Under the pieces are notes generated by a model, which was given only the letters and a program-made list of their open reading frames with translations, did no database searches and was not told the origin of the DNA. Below are positions 1 to 14,344 of a DNA stretch of 64,000 nucleotides, in pieces. A program made the translations under genes and the position numbers. The stretch spans positions 13,392,001 to 13,456,000 of the forward strand of contig CM102285.1 of NCBI GenBank assembly GCA_046563655.1, read 5' to 3'. The stretch is from Yuukianura sp. NJ FZ-2021. Lineage: Eukaryota. Within the stretch, counting starts at the first letter, position 1; every line of letters begins with the position of its first letter.

Positions 1-1591
1 TGTACAAAAGTCTAATTTGGAAAAAGTACATGGACAAGAGAGTACTTTTTAAAAGTTGTAACTTTAGGGGTCAAGTTACATTTTTGGAATGGAAATGTTA
101 CCAATTAAACAAAAGGAATTCAGGAGTGTGGCTTCATCTCCCTTCCTTCATCTCCAGAGGTGTTGGAATTTTACATTGTTCTTGTTCTAACATAGTTTTG
201 AAGTGTTTGAATTCCGATGAGATCACATGATCACTTGTACTAATTCACAACTGAATTTTATAGTTATTAGTTTCCAAATAATTGCTAATTACTTTGATTA
301 ACCTAAACACTAACTTCTGACACTATTCCTTCTGTGTTTTTGAAAAATAAAACAGTCGGTGATACTGTTCAAACAAGATTTTTTGTGGTAGAAACAAATG
401 ACATGCAAAACCTATGGCTTTGACCCCACTCGAAGTGGTTGTGCCACTTAACACCTTGTGCTTGCTGCTTTTGCTTTTAAACCCTTAGCATATTGAATGT
501 TAATTAAAAGTTGGACTAGTGATTTAAGTCCTTCATAAATTTTGGCGTGAGAGATGACTAACGATCCCCAATTTCAATTTTCATATTCAGAACAAGGTGG
601 GGACAAGATTTATGAAGAGCATTTCGGTCGTTTCCACTTTCAACGTATTACACGAGTACTTTTTAGTGAATTTTTCTAGCCGTGAAGTGACGCCGCTCAA
701 AACAAAGTTTTGGAGAATTTGCTCATTTGCTAAAAATTTTGTACAGATTATTCGAAGAATTGTTGCTTGTACATAATACCACTTTCAAAGGATTAGACAA
801 GTATTTTTGATTTTTGATACTAAGGGTAATGTAACATAACTCGATGTGCCATAATTTGCAAATTGTTGTTGGATTTTGCGTGTTGGTAATTGTGATTTTT
901 AAGTAATTTGACTCCTAATGCCAAAAAGTTAATTTTTATGACCGTAGTTTTTTGGTGATGTGAATGTGATTTTGGCCAATTTTGAAAAACTTGAGAAAGA
1001 GTTGATTCCGTTAGGATTTTGGTAACTGCAGGACTCAAAAAAATTTGTGCAAAATAATTAACAACTTTTGTGCTTTTCTGTTGATTTCGTGTTAGGGAAG
1101 TTCGTGTTGGTTGTGGTTGGTTTGTGTTTTTGTTGAATCTCTTATTAAATTTTGTCTCCACCGGGTGGGGAATGGGCTCCACCAAGAGACATTTGCTCCA
1201 CCACCTTCATTATTATCATGTTGCACTAAAAGGCGTAAGCGTAGACAACAGGAAAATGTTAGGCAACGTTAGGTTATCCCCCTAACATTGTAATTACCAA
1301 TGTGACAATAACTGGGGAAGCCACGAGATGAAACATAAAGTTTGAACCCTGCAATTTGCTAACTGAATAATTTTAAATTTGCAAACCTTGTCAAATTTTG
1401 GGTTGAAAATGAGTTTTTTGCTCAGGTTTTTTGAACTTTCGATGACAACTGTAAAGTTTTTAGGCAGTAAGTCGTGTACATCTCATTTTGCTGAGGTCCG
1501 AAGTATTTTTTAAAATTTCAAAATTAATGCTCCTTTTTCATGTTTTAAAGAAAATGGTGGTGATTTGAAGGTTTGTTGCGTAACTGTTTAG

Positions 1592-1772
1592 GTTATGGCG
1601 TTTGTTGTGTGCGGAGGCGCTTAATTCCTGTCCGAGACGATTATCCTCGTCATGCCTCTTGTTTGTTCCTCAAAATGAAAATAATGGGCAGAATCTGGTG
1701 GAATTGTATAAAGAGGCAGCGGAAGTTGGAGGCTTCACACAAAGGGAAAATCTCCTAATTCATTCCTGTGCT
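1592..1772 (+). CDS. Candidate internal coding exon of an unidentified gene
   Basis: TTTAG acceptor ending 1591 and GTAAGT donor at 1773 bracket 181 nt open in one frame (phase 2 to 0): LWRLLCAEALNSCPRRLSSSCLLFVPQNENNGQNLVELYKEAAEVGGFTQRENLLIHSCA. Family not recognised. Confidence 0.45.
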
Positions 1773-4700
1773 GTAAGTGTAATGGGGACCTCTCAAATCA
1801 TTGTTAACTTCAATTAATTGTCATTAGGCCATTAGTCAGCCAGAGAACACAAGGAGAGCCGACCTCTCTCAGACTTTTCCGGCTTCCAATCACGAATCAT
1901 CATTACTCACTTCCATAAAGTTTCATCAAAATTTACAACTTTTCATACCGAACATGTTAGGCTGTACGTTTCAGACTAGAATTCTCCAAATCCACATGTC
2001 GAGAGATCGATGTTTAGGTTGAGCTTATGTTTATTAGAGTGGGTTCGAAAAATACAAAAGATGCACAGCGGATAACATTTATGTTGTATTTTTAGCGAAA
2101 TTTGAGTAAGATATGAAATTCAGTTTGATCAAAAATACTTGAGATGAACGACTGAATTCATGTGGAACTAAATTAAAAAATTAAAGTCGTATTTCGATTT
2201 CGAAATTCATTTTTGATAAATTCGAGTTTCTTTTTTTCTTGAATTTTAAGTGAAAGTTGATCAATGTTTGTCATTTGTAAATCCATTGTTCACTGGATAG
2301 GGAAAGTTAGTTCAGTGGGCTTTAGATTTAAAAAGTGTGGGAAGAAATAAATAATGGGAAAATTTCTTCCCCTGCTGAACTTTTTTTCTGGTTTTTTCTT
2401 CTCCGAAAACTCGGATCAATACTCATTTCAGTTCTGGTTTCGGATTGACTCTGAGCAGGGAAGTAGTGAGCTGGGATTGATAATAAAAAAATATGAGGTT
2501 GCATGTGAAGTGGATATGGGAAAAGCTTTTCTTTTTTTATTAATTGAGGACCCTGGGTTTAGAGAGTAATGGCAGCCAAGAGTCTTATTAATGGAGATCC
2601 GATATACTATAACTATACTATGCTAAGGTTAGGTTTATAACTATCTGGGATTAGGAAATAGGAAAAAGCACTTTCTCTCCCGCGTTTTTTGTGTCACCCT
2701 AATCAAAAAACCCGGACTAAACTTTTTTATGGCAAAGATCCCACGGGGGAGAAAAAAGAAAGTATGGATTACGCACTGGCGTGTCTTTTTTAAAAAAAGC
2801 TAGGGAAAGTATAATTAGAATTCAAGGATCTCTGGGTTCCCTCCCTTCTTCCACAATCTCATCAGATTTAATTAATTACACTTTAGTACTTTCATTTATT
2901 TTCTGAGATTCTCATTGGATGAGGCACACAGATCACAAGAGTTGAACTCATTCCATTCTAAAAGGAATTGAATCGAGTTAATCACACTTGGAAATCAAAA
3001 TTAAGAGTTTGAGGTCATCAATTTAATTGGAACGAGAAAAGGAGGCGGAGAGGACTTCGAACGTCTTTGAAATTTCAAAATTAATCAAAAAGAATGTACT
3101 AGATAGGGCGTGGTTTTTACAAAAGGAGTGACGATTTTTTTGAACCAATTTATTTTATTTGAAATTTTCATTTAAACTAAAACTCATCAACTGGCAACGC
3201 AGTCAATTAAATTTCAAAGTTCGTTGCAATTTAGCTTTATAACTTTTTAACTAAAAGTTACAAAGTTAAATTTCAGTTTTACGTCAGTTCAGTTACGCTC
3301 CAGTTACTTAATCTCGCTCGACATATTGAAAATAAGCACTGTCGTTAGTGTTAGTTCCCAATCTGTTGTCGGTTTTGGAGAAATGCGTTACTTTATATCT
3401 CACTTATCACTTCTTAAAAAAGTTTTGTTTACGAGGTCACTCACAAGGTCATCCGCATGCCGGCCGATGAGCATTTGTTTGCACATTTCGAGTTTTCCTT
3501 GAAAATTTGACAATTTAAGAAACCTAAAGAGATGTAAAAAGTGAAAGTGTTTTTTTCATAAAGCCCTATTCCTACTTCACATTTATAAAATCATTTTGTT
3601 TAAAAGTTTTTGTTCAGAACAAGAAGTAAGAGTGGACGACCTTCTCTTCTTGTATTAGTTAGGCCCATCATGTTTAGTTGCCACGAGTCCCCAAAGTAGC
3701 TTAATATTTTCAAACTCCATTTCTAACTACGGAGGAGTTTTCACTGCGAAAAGCAGACTTTCTCTTTGGAAAACTCCCGAATTCTTTTTTAAAGAATTTT
3801 ATAGTCTACCTTTCTCTTGCTTGCCCTCTCCCACCAAAGGACTCACATGAATTCTCAAAATGTTAAGATGAGGCCCCTGGACGAACCACCTCAGCCCAAC
3901 TTTCTCCTTGGCAATTTTACCCACGTCCTTCCTTTTTTTATATTCTTCATTCATTTCTTCCTCTTCTAAGCCCTCCCTCCTCAATTTTAAGAAGAAAGTG
4001 GGATGATGCTGACGATGAGCTCGACGCACGTAGGAAACTCAACTTGTTACAACTCCCAATTCCGCCTGTTCTTTCTTCTTCCCTGCAAAAGGAGACGGGT
4101 GGTTGGTAGAAGCGTAATTTCTATTACGAAGCCAAATTTTTATATTTCCCAGACTTGCTTTCTCTTTCTCTCTGGTGCTCCGCCACTTTTTTCCAGTCTT
4201 CTTTTTACTGATTTGAATTCATATCATAAAGTCAAAGGAAGCCTATTGTGTTGTCTGTATTTACTGCTCTCTTGAGTCCAACTGGGAAAGACTCACTTGG
4301 AACTTAAAGAATGACGAGCTAAAGGAAGACAGAGACAGTGGAAGTCTCTGAAGATTTTTAAACTTAACAAAAACTTTGCTCTGCAATCATAATTCTTTAG
4401 AGTCAAACAGCTCATTTCCCATTTTCAAAATAAAGAGTAGAAAAAGTAGACTTTTTTTTTATAGTTTGTTGAGACAAACTGATTGTTTTGAAAAGGAGAG
4501 AAAAAAGTGCATTGGCTCCACGGCGGTTCACATTGCGTGATAGTTTTATTTCCGCCTGAAATTGAAAAACGAAAAAACATGGAGCAGCGCTTTTCCAATT
4601 TACAATTGAAAAATTTTGCATAAGAGAACGATGTGATACGTTAAGGTAACATTGTATGTGCACGAATTGAATTTCTAGAATTTAAAATTAGGTTTCATTT

Positions 4701-7700
4701 CATTTTGCATTTTTGCATTATAAAGCTAGTAGAAAACCTAATGAAACTTTGAAAAGTTTTACTCTACAAATTTTTGGAGAAATTTCAAGTGACGCTCAAC
4801 CTCCAATTATTTTTGGTTGTTCACAAATTTTATTTTGGTTCGAAAAAAAAGTAAAAGGAGAGATGGGCCTTTTGTCTGAGCCGCTCTAGTGGGACTTGCT
4901 AATTTTTTTCTTTTTTCTGAAATTGGATTTTCCAACTCCACTTTTTCTTTTTTGTTCTGCTTCCCTTGTTATCGTTGAAGCAGCCCTTCCAGAACTTAGC
5001 TCTCTCTGCTTTCTCCTTGGGTTTAATAGGAAACTGACCGCCTGAAAAATTAATGTCCATAACTCACCCGGATGAGCCCTAAGACCCAGGATTGGACATA
5101 ACACGCGGGAAGGGCAACTTTCTCTTCTTCTGACTTGATATGATTAGGAGAGTCTTCATTGCTTATGGTCTCTACATTACTTGGTTTCAGCAGTCGAGTC
5201 ATGGTGGTTAGGGTGACCTCTCAAATTGAAATGAGATTTTAATCCCCTTTTCTCCCAGGAGAGAAAATGAAGTTTTAAAAATAAAATTTTGAGGGATTTT
5301 TTAAGAAAAAAAGTTCCTCGGTCTTCTGGCACTGACTTTCTCTTTTCCTGTCCCTCCTGTGAAATAGTTTCAGTAGAAAGAGAAAGTATTAGGAGTCGAT
5401 TTGCAGTAAAGATTAGGATACCCATTGGGCAGGAGGTAGCAAAGAGATTTCGGTTTTTTCGGGGATTTTGGATGGTTCCAGCATTCGGCTGTCTTTTTTC
5501 TACCAGAGTTAGTCCAAAATGGAATTATTCAGATGAGTTTCTGGCAATGGACTTTGGCAAAGGATCCTGCAGCAGCATTTCCCATTATCTATCTACTTTC
5601 TCCTTGCTGCAGAGACTACTACAAGCATTCCCCTTTATGTTCAAATCTTCATCTCCTTTTTTTGGCGGGAGTTTCTCTCTCTGGTCTTAGGGTGCTTAAG
5701 GGTGGTTTCAAACGACCGAAAATCTTGAAAATCCAAACCATTTCTCTGATTTCAACCATCACCTTCCTTTTATCCCTAATTTCGTTTCCCTCCTTGTCTC
5801 TATTTATAGGCCCATAAGTGCCTGTTATTTAAACTAAGGGCTCCTGACCCCTTCACGAATGCCCCTAAAATTTGACTTTTGCGTAGAACTTACTTTCTCC
5901 TGGCGTAACTCAAACACTATTTCCCACATTGTAACTTTCAACTTGATTAGGTTTTTGTGATTATGGAAAGCAGGAAAAAGTTCGTACGGCGTCGTACTGC
6001 TTAAGATTGACGAAATTTACTAAGGAGTACGATGTAAAATTTTGATTTTGTATTTCTTGTTTTTAAATGTTTTTGTTTTTACTTCGCTCATTGTCACTTT
6101 TTTGTTCATGAGAAGTGTCATCTGCCTTCTTTCATTTGCTCATCTTTCAAACTTCAAACATCTCTTTTAAAGTTCACAATCAACAGCTTTGAAGACGCAG
6201 TTGAGAGTGGCAGGTTCAGTTGAAAATTGCAGAACTGTCAATAAGTTCAGTTTCTTTCGTTTCTTACGAAAAGTTTTTAGTAATTATTCCAATTCCAGTG
6301 AGTTTTAACTCACGATTTCCGAGATAATTGGAGTTCATTGGCAGTGTCTCGTCAGTAGATTGCTTCCATTGAAGAGTCCTGTGGCCACTGCTAAGGTCGT
6401 GATGTCCGTATAAGTTCTCATGTCCAGTCCCTTGCCTCCTTCACTGTTTTCGTGAACCTAATTTTCCCACTCCGCCCTCCCTTGCCCATTATTCCTTTTT
6501 GTCCGATTCATTATTCTTAATTTGGCTAGATGAGGATTTAAACTCACCAAAAATCCACAATTCACAACTTCCTAAGCCAAGGTTGTTCAACTCCTCTGAG
6601 AAATGTTCCCCCTGGGGTAGTTGAGGTGGTGGAATTAATAGAATTATTAGAATTAAATTATTACATGACATGACGTTCTTAAGGAATTAATAAGAACCTT
6701 TCTTCCTCCCCCGTCTCTTTCTGGGAACATGATTCTCTGAGAATACTAATGTAATGGCAACAATTATTTGGAAGTTGGAAAACTTCAAAAATCTTAACTG
6801 AATTGATTATACTTGACTCCTTCTCTTCCGAAAAACTAAACATGTAGTGAGGCACCCTACGGACTCACCTGTCCAAATACTAACTGGAACTGGAGGGTAA
6901 ATTTTCAAAGTTTTTACTTTGTTGATTCGAAAAAAAAAATTTGAGAGATTTCTTCCCAAAAAAAAATTAAAACTTGAAAGTGTATCTCTCAAAAAGTATA
7001 ATTTGTCTTAAATTTCATGCCGATGAAAAGAAATGCATTTCCAAAATTTGAATTTTCGTAATGAATGTGCAGGTCAATTTGATTATGTCCAACTTTTTCA
7101 CAATTCAACTTAAATGGAAGGAAGTTGAAATCTTCCTAATTTTTGCCAAAAATCCAAAATATTATTTAGAAAATAATTTTTTTTTTTTGAAGTTCTGCAT
7201 TCTAGAATTTGGGAAATGGAAACTTTTGTTGCACTTTGTACTCTATGTAGAGTCCCAGAAACGAAAAATGAGCACAGTTAAGGCTTGTTTGAGTCAGACG
7301 TTTTAGGATTTGGTTGCGTAATGTTTGAAGGAAGTTTTTTGAGTTTGTGTAAGTGCTGGTTGTCTGTTGAAGTTTTAGCACCTGGTTTGCCCATTATAAT
7401 AAACCTCTTTTGGCTCTTGAAGTTGAATCTACATGTCGTTAAAGTGTAGAGTTTCTGCCGCTCCTGGTCGTTGAGCCCTTATTTCTTCTTGTGGCCCCTC
7501 TAGTGACACAAGCCTCATATTTGATTTCTTTAAGTTCAAATAACACTGCTACCAGAACAACACTTCTCTTCTGCCTTGTCAATTTGAATAAATTGGACGC
7601 TTCTTATGTATTTCGGGTTCCTTTGTTAGTTCTATTGACTTTCGGCACCTGGACTACACGTCGGCGTGTGTCCTTCAGTCTCCTTTGTCCAAACCATCCA

Positions 7701-10700
7701 AAATTATGCTGATTTCCTCTGAACTAAAATTTTGAAAAGTGGGTTTCAAATTTTTTATGTTCTAGATTTTTTTGAGTCAAAGGTTACATACGTTCACGAA
7801 TTCCTTAGCAGGGTAGTGTTTTCGGTTAAGTTTTCTCTTTGGACTAAGATGAAGGTGGGGCGTTGGATTTCATTGAATCCTTTTCTTTTATTGCTTCTCT
7901 GGAGAGTCGTGTGGAAAGTGACGGAGCGTGAAATGAGGAAATGTCCATTGTCTTCCATCTGACAGGTTAATCTCTCCCTCTTCAGTCTTTCCTAGGAATG
8001 GCAGAGGTCACAGTGTAAAATAACCTTTGGATTAAACATTCTACAAAGTTAGTTTCACATTTCTGGACCTTAGACGACCGGAGTTCTAAGAAAAAGCCCA
8101 GAGAAAGTTGTTTCCGGAGAAAGTTCGGCTGGAGTCGGGATGAGAGCGAGTGAAAGTGAATAGGAGGCGGTGGCCACGAGATTAATGGGAGGAGATCATT
8201 AGGCTGAAGAAGAAGTATTGACAGGAGGATCCCCTGCCTTGTGCACTTCTTGTGCTAAATTGAATTAAATCCAAAGTAGGGAACAGAGATTTACTCTAAT
8301 GGTGTTGGAGGACTTTGGGTCGTTAAGTCACCACTAGGCTCCCTTGACTTTGTCCACTTCCAAAACAACCACTAATCCAATCGTATTAAAAGAAGACTTT
8401 GGACGAGACTCGTCCCTCGAGAGGTCACAGGTCATTATTAGCTCCAAACCACTTTCACGCCTCGACGCTTCGCTTAATGTCGCTGTAACACAAGACGAAA
8501 ACTCTCATTAGATCTGTAACAAGACGCTTGTCCAGTCCTACATTATTGAAAAATCCTGTGAAAAAAAAAGTTTTTGTTTCCTGAATCTTTCAAAACTTGA
8601 GCTCGAATTCGAAAAATTACTACTACAAGTTAAATTCTTAGAAATTAAAATTTCGACTTTTAGATTTCAAGATTTCATTTGTTCTTTCATTTCATTCCTG
8701 CATTTTCTCTTTTCTGCTGCTAAAGTAAAGCGTTCTTTCACTATAAATCTCAAAGACCTGCAATGGTATTGGTAACTGGTAGCATAGAAGTTGGATGTTT
8801 ATTCACTTTTCCTACAATTTTACAAACGGCGACTATGTTCAAAACTATGTTGAAGTAATTGGAGTCGACTTAATTCCTGTGTAGCTAAACTGCTTACAAT
8901 GTTGTTTGAATATCCATTTCATCGTTTCCAGTTAGGTTAACGCCTTGGAAGTGGAAACTGACTCTTTCATGAAGGTATTTAAAATGCAGAGAAGATTCCT
9001 CCTTACTTTGTATGCAGAAGGTTTGTTGTTGCTCTTAATTTGTCTTGGTCCACCTTTAATTATTCTATTGTTCACTCTAACAAATTGTTAAGTTCAAAAC
9101 ATTCTTAGAAGTAAGATGAACTACACCCTTCATTTGCTCTTTAAGCTTGTAATTTGTAATTTCTTGATCTTCTTCATTCCACAAGATCATGTTGGTGGGA
9201 AGAGAAAAAGTAGCTGTAGCTGTGTAGCACAGTAGCTGAAGCAGAGGAAGATGATTCTGTTTACTAATTAGTTTGGAAAAAATCTTTGTCCATACGTGTT
9301 TGGCCTACGAGATGGGTTAAATGATGGAATGTTTTCCAGACATAACCTTTAAGGTTAACCTTTTTTCTCGGATGTTAGTGTCAAATGAAGATGAATGCAA
9401 GGGAATTAGTATGTGTTAATCTTTAACCATTGTTCAGAGAGATGAACAAAGGAATAAGAAATGCCTGTACGAAGTCAACAATTGATTGATTAAACAAGTT
9501 TCACGCTTCTCCCATGTCAGAAAGTCTTCCTTAGGAAAAAGCCTATGAGTAATTAAGTGGATCTTCACACCTTAGGTCATTCCTCCCTTGCAGTGTCATT
9601 TAAGTCAGAGTCTAATAATTAATTCCAAATGTTCCTCTGTTACTGGCAGGTTTAATGACACCTCGAGGTGTTAAGAGCCTCTTTGTAGTGCTAACGTGTT
9701 TTGGTTGTGGGTTTGCCACTTTTTTGCAACCTTGCTGAGATGCGCAACTCTTAAGTGCAAGTCCAACCCGCCTTTTCCTGTTAAGATTGCGTGAGGAACT
9801 GAAAAGGATGAGCTTGAGAAGTGGAGTAATTAGAAGCGAATGCGCAGTAATTAACGAACTACTCAGCAGGTCCTTCAGGAGGGAGGCTAAAGACATAAGG
9901 AAGAAGTGGGATTGGTCCGATTCAGGATCCAATGGGAGTTAACCTTTTTTGTGTGCTGGACATTAGGTTTGTGCAAATAAATGAATCTGCTGGTGTGGGT
10001 GTCCAGTGCGGTTCTGGAGGGAGAAAGTCCTACCAGCACTTTCTCCTAGGCGCTAAATGGCTTACACATTAGAATTATTTCTGGCCGAGTCATCTCCGTC
10101 AATACTGTGGATTATGACTAATGCAGTTGTGTCATTAGCTCCACGTGATTTAGCGTCTACATCATTAATTACACAAAATACTGGACCAGTAACATTCAAA
10201 ATTTTGAAGAAATTTCAAAAATAACCTTCAATTTTGGCTACTTTTTGAAAAATGAAGAATTCTATGTTTGTTTGAGTTAGCCCCCGTCTAATAATTCTTG
10301 GAAGTTTAGGTACGACAAAATATTTGTATTTGCAGTTCGGCATTGGGGATTGGGGGCAAGTCATGTAATTTTTTTAAACTTGTGAGTAGGTTACATATAA
10401 TAAGGTTATGAAAAAACGGTAAAATTGCAAAAACAGTAAAAAGTGCATGGTCATATTCGTGTAGAAGATGAGGTTTAGTTGAGGAGATGCTGGATGTTGA
10501 GTAAAATCGATTCGAGGCCATTTGTACTCTACAATGTAAAAGAAGTGTAGAGCATTGCACTTAAGGCAATCCTCCTCCCCTCTTCTTTCTTAATCCAAAA
10601 ATGTTTCATTTTTTGAGAGCTTCTTTCTTACAAAAAGTGTCATAATTTTTTGGAAATTTTTTCTTTTCTTTCTGTCTGCGTTCTCTGAAAAGTGTATTTT

Positions 10701-13700
10701 TGTTCCAAACAAAGACACTCCGACGGTAATGGATTGCCTGTCTCCTCCCTTGCGTTTCTTTATTGAGGGCGTCTAATGAATCGGACTTAAAGGGACTCTC
10801 TCTCTATGTTCAATACAATGAAATTAAAAGAAAAAATTCCATTTTTTCAAATTCTGAAAATGAAACTGAAAAACCATCATTTACCCCAAAATGACAAGTT
10901 TTTTTTGGAAAGTAGATCCCCTTTGTCTGTTTCTCCCTTCTGCATTTCTCACTTGTTACAAAAACCTTTAGCTTTTTTCTAATTCACACCATCCTTCATC
11001 AGTTAGCTCGAATCACAAAAATAGGCTGAAAAATCAATACGCTTTCGTTCCGGACGCAAAAAATGTTTAAATTCCACTCCCTGTTAGTTATTGCAAAAAA
11101 AGTTATCACGAAGACTCGTTTTTCAGAAATTGAGTGAGTTAAAATTTTTTTTTTATTATATAAACTTGAAATCTTCATTATTTGAATTTTTTAAATTTTG
11201 AAAGCTCCATGTGGTGAAACATTTCTGAAAAAAGAATCGTTTGTTGAGGTTAAATGGTCAACGGGTGGTTTAGGGAGCAGCAAATGCTTTTCTTTGATTA
11301 GATTCCTCTTAAAACATCCCTTGTCACTGTGCTAACACTAAAAAAATCACTCTACAGCATCCCAAGAGCTCATCATAGCCTAACAACCTTACTCATAAAC
11401 CTAACTAACCTAACCCATAAACTACATCTCAAAGTAGTTAGCATAATTTTCATATTTTTAATAGCCAAAAGTCACTTTTTTCATTTCAAGTGGAAATTTG
11501 AAGTTGATGAAGCCTCATTATTTGCGTTTTCAAAAGGATGAGAACTGTCAATAACTATAATTATTTCTATGCTTATTATTACAATTATTTTAAATGTTAA
11601 TTAATTATAACTGGGAACTGTACTTTAAATTGTGTTTTTCTTTTTGTTCCGTGTGTTCGAGAGCTCTCTGCCTTGATAAATGGATCTTTTCCTTCCTTAA
11701 TGATCCTAATAATGAGGAAATTGTGCTTAAATTAAGGAGATGAGAAAAGAATTCACACTTGATGCTTCTTCTTCCCTTCTTTCAGTCGTTCCCACGGTTT
11801 TTGGGGTCTTTGTTTTCGAATCTTCCTTTCGAACAGGTTAGGCTAGGTGTAGAATAGCCTAACTTTGTACAATGGATCGCAAAATTCATAACTTACAACA
11901 TTTTTTCTTCAATGGGCAATTGGACACAAGTTCTACTAAAGTTCTCAATGAACAAGTTTTACTGCACAGGCAGGACTGCCCAAGGGCCCTTGTTCACTTT
12001 TTTCTTCAAAGTCTGGTCAATGTTGTGGTCAGTTTTTCTGGACAGGGGGCCTTATAGGGTCCTAGATTTTCAAAATTTTGAACCCAAATTTTTCCTGGAT
12101 GCAGGTTTTTGAACAGAATAGGGACAGTTTTTGGGTAGACAATAGAAATGCCTGGGCCCTTAAGTTTTTGTGTGGCAAATGACACTGGAAGGTCCAATAG
12201 GGCCCCCTGCAGATTCCCTTAATGCTATTCTCACACCTGCAGAATAGAAATCCTGTTTAGAAGAGAGACTTGGGCGGAGACTTTAAGGGCCCCCTTTGTC
12301 CTGTACTTTTCATTAAGGCTAGGCTTGTCGTTGTACCTTGGAAGGTCAGAGGTCACAGTTTTACTTTAACATAGCCAGAAAGAGGGGGAGGACTTGAAGG
12401 GACATAACTGATTAGCTAAACTCCTCCGTTCTTTCTCTACTTCTTCCAAGATTTAATTCGTGTCTAATGTATTTTTATGTCCTCTCTCTTTTTTCTTCAT
12501 CGTTCCGTCAAATGGGATCTCCTGAAAAGTTTCTATTGTCCATTCCTGTTGAAAAGGAAAAGTAAGAAAAGGAAAAAACTTTATGGGTTTTGTCATAAAA
12601 ATAAATTAAAAATTAGTAAATCCGTTTTAACGAAGTTCTTTAAGCCTTAAGACCGCACACACTCACTCACCAACTCTTCCAATTTTGTAACACTGTGAGC
12701 AACACTGTTAAGACTAATCAACGCCTGGATTTACGACACTTTTCCGGTAATGGTCCACTGATCATCCAAGACAATTTGTAGACCATTTTATGTTGGGAGC
12801 TTCGCTGGAGTATAAAAAGAAGCAGTTTAAAAATTTTGAGTTTTTGAAATTGTTCAACTTTGAGTTTAATATTTTTTGAATGTTGGACTGAAAGAGGATG
12901 TTGGTGATGGAGCGAGGCTAATTATACTTCCCAGGAGGGAAGTTGCTTGTACTTAATCAAGGTGTGAATGAATCACGCAGATTACCTTATCTTTTTCCAT
13001 TCTTAAGTCCAACACCTTCCCATTTTTGGAAAAGTTTCTTCGATACGCTCAAAAAACCATAATTTTGAACATTTTCTTTCCAAAAATAGAATCCGTCCAG
13101 AAAAGCTCAGAATTGAGAGGAAAATACATGTGGGAAGACAAGTTTTGACTTTTTTTTCATTTTCCAAAATCGTGTTTTCACTAAAATAAGAAGCATAAAC
13201 TCAAATTTAATATTTTTTGAAGGAATTTCGAATTCGAGTTTGGAAGTTTTGCCTTTTTTTTTTTGGAAGGTTTCGGTTTGTATTGCGTAGTGTCCTTAAT
13301 TCCCCGGATTTTTATGAGTCCCATATCATTAATAAGGAGAAAGTTTTTTTAGGAAGGGAAAGCGTAAGCCAGCTTCATTTGGGAAGGAAGAAGAAAAAAG
13401 TCCCGGGAAATGTAATTTTTAGGGAGAGAAAAATCCATAAAAAGTTGAGGTTGATGGTTCCGAATGAGGCTAAAAAAACCGAAACGGGAGACGGAGGATA
13501 TAAAAAGTGATGGGCACTGAGGGGGGAATGCTGTTTTTTATGCATGTAGGGAACCCTGGTGCCTTAAAGTACTCTTTTGGATAACTATTGATGCAGACCG
13601 CGCTTCTTCCTCTGCCTCCAAGGACTTGATGACTCATTTCTTTCCCCTAATTCCATCCAATCAATCCATCAACATTGGACTTTTCAAAAGTAAAAAAAAA

Positions 13701-14330
13701 ACTTTTTTTTTTTTAAATCCAAAGCAAAATTTTGAAAAACAATATAAACTCTGCAAGCCAAGCTAAACTTAAGGGTGGGCACGATATTTGCCATGAGTAC
13801 GTCTTCCGATCTGTCGTTCTTGCAAAAATTTAAGACCTAATTAACTGAAATATTTTTGTATGGCGCTACACTTCAACAATTTGTTGTTTAAATTTTTACA
13901 GCGAACGCATTTTCATTTTCAAAAAAAAAAAATTGGTGATGAAAAACAGTGTTTTCCTGGAAGATTTTGGTGTTTGAGTGTGATTAATTAATGAAAGTGG
14001 GTAGTAGAAGGCATTTGATAGGATTTGTTTTCCCTTGTACGTGCGTCGATTAGTTGATTTGGGATTACACTTTCCTCCCTTAACTTTTTCCTAGAAAGTG
14101 AAAGCTCCTTGGCTAAGAATTAGGGAGAAAGCAAGCGGAAAGCTTCCTAACATAACCTAACATTTCCCCTAACCTAGCTCTCAACAGTTTCCTCTCTTCC
14201 TTTGATCCTATTACACAAAAACAATTAAACCACCTTCCAACTCACTTTTCAAAGGAAAACGATCTTCCAGAAAGTGAAAACAATCAAGACCATAAAACAG
14301 AATTAGGCTTTCCGCTTTCACCAACAGCAG

Positions 14331-14344
14331 AGCGCCATCTAGCG
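14331..14344 (-). promoter_or_regulatory. CTCF-like binding motif
   Basis: AGCGCCATCTAGCG, reverse complement CGCTAGATGGCGCT, matches the core of the known (Drosophila-type) CTCF consensus. Motif match only. Confidence 0.5.

Noticed and set aside
8455..8555. Minus-strand acceptor followed by ~33 open codons
   Set aside because: No supported upstream exon or recognisable homology; compatible with chance.
11960..12300. Cluster of GGGCCC/GGGGCC motifs suggesting a decayed MITE
   Set aside because: No definable termini, period or target duplication.
12670..12804. Minus-strand segment with acceptor and GTGAGT donor
   Set aside because: Stops in all three frames; a non-coding exon cannot be supported from sequence alone.
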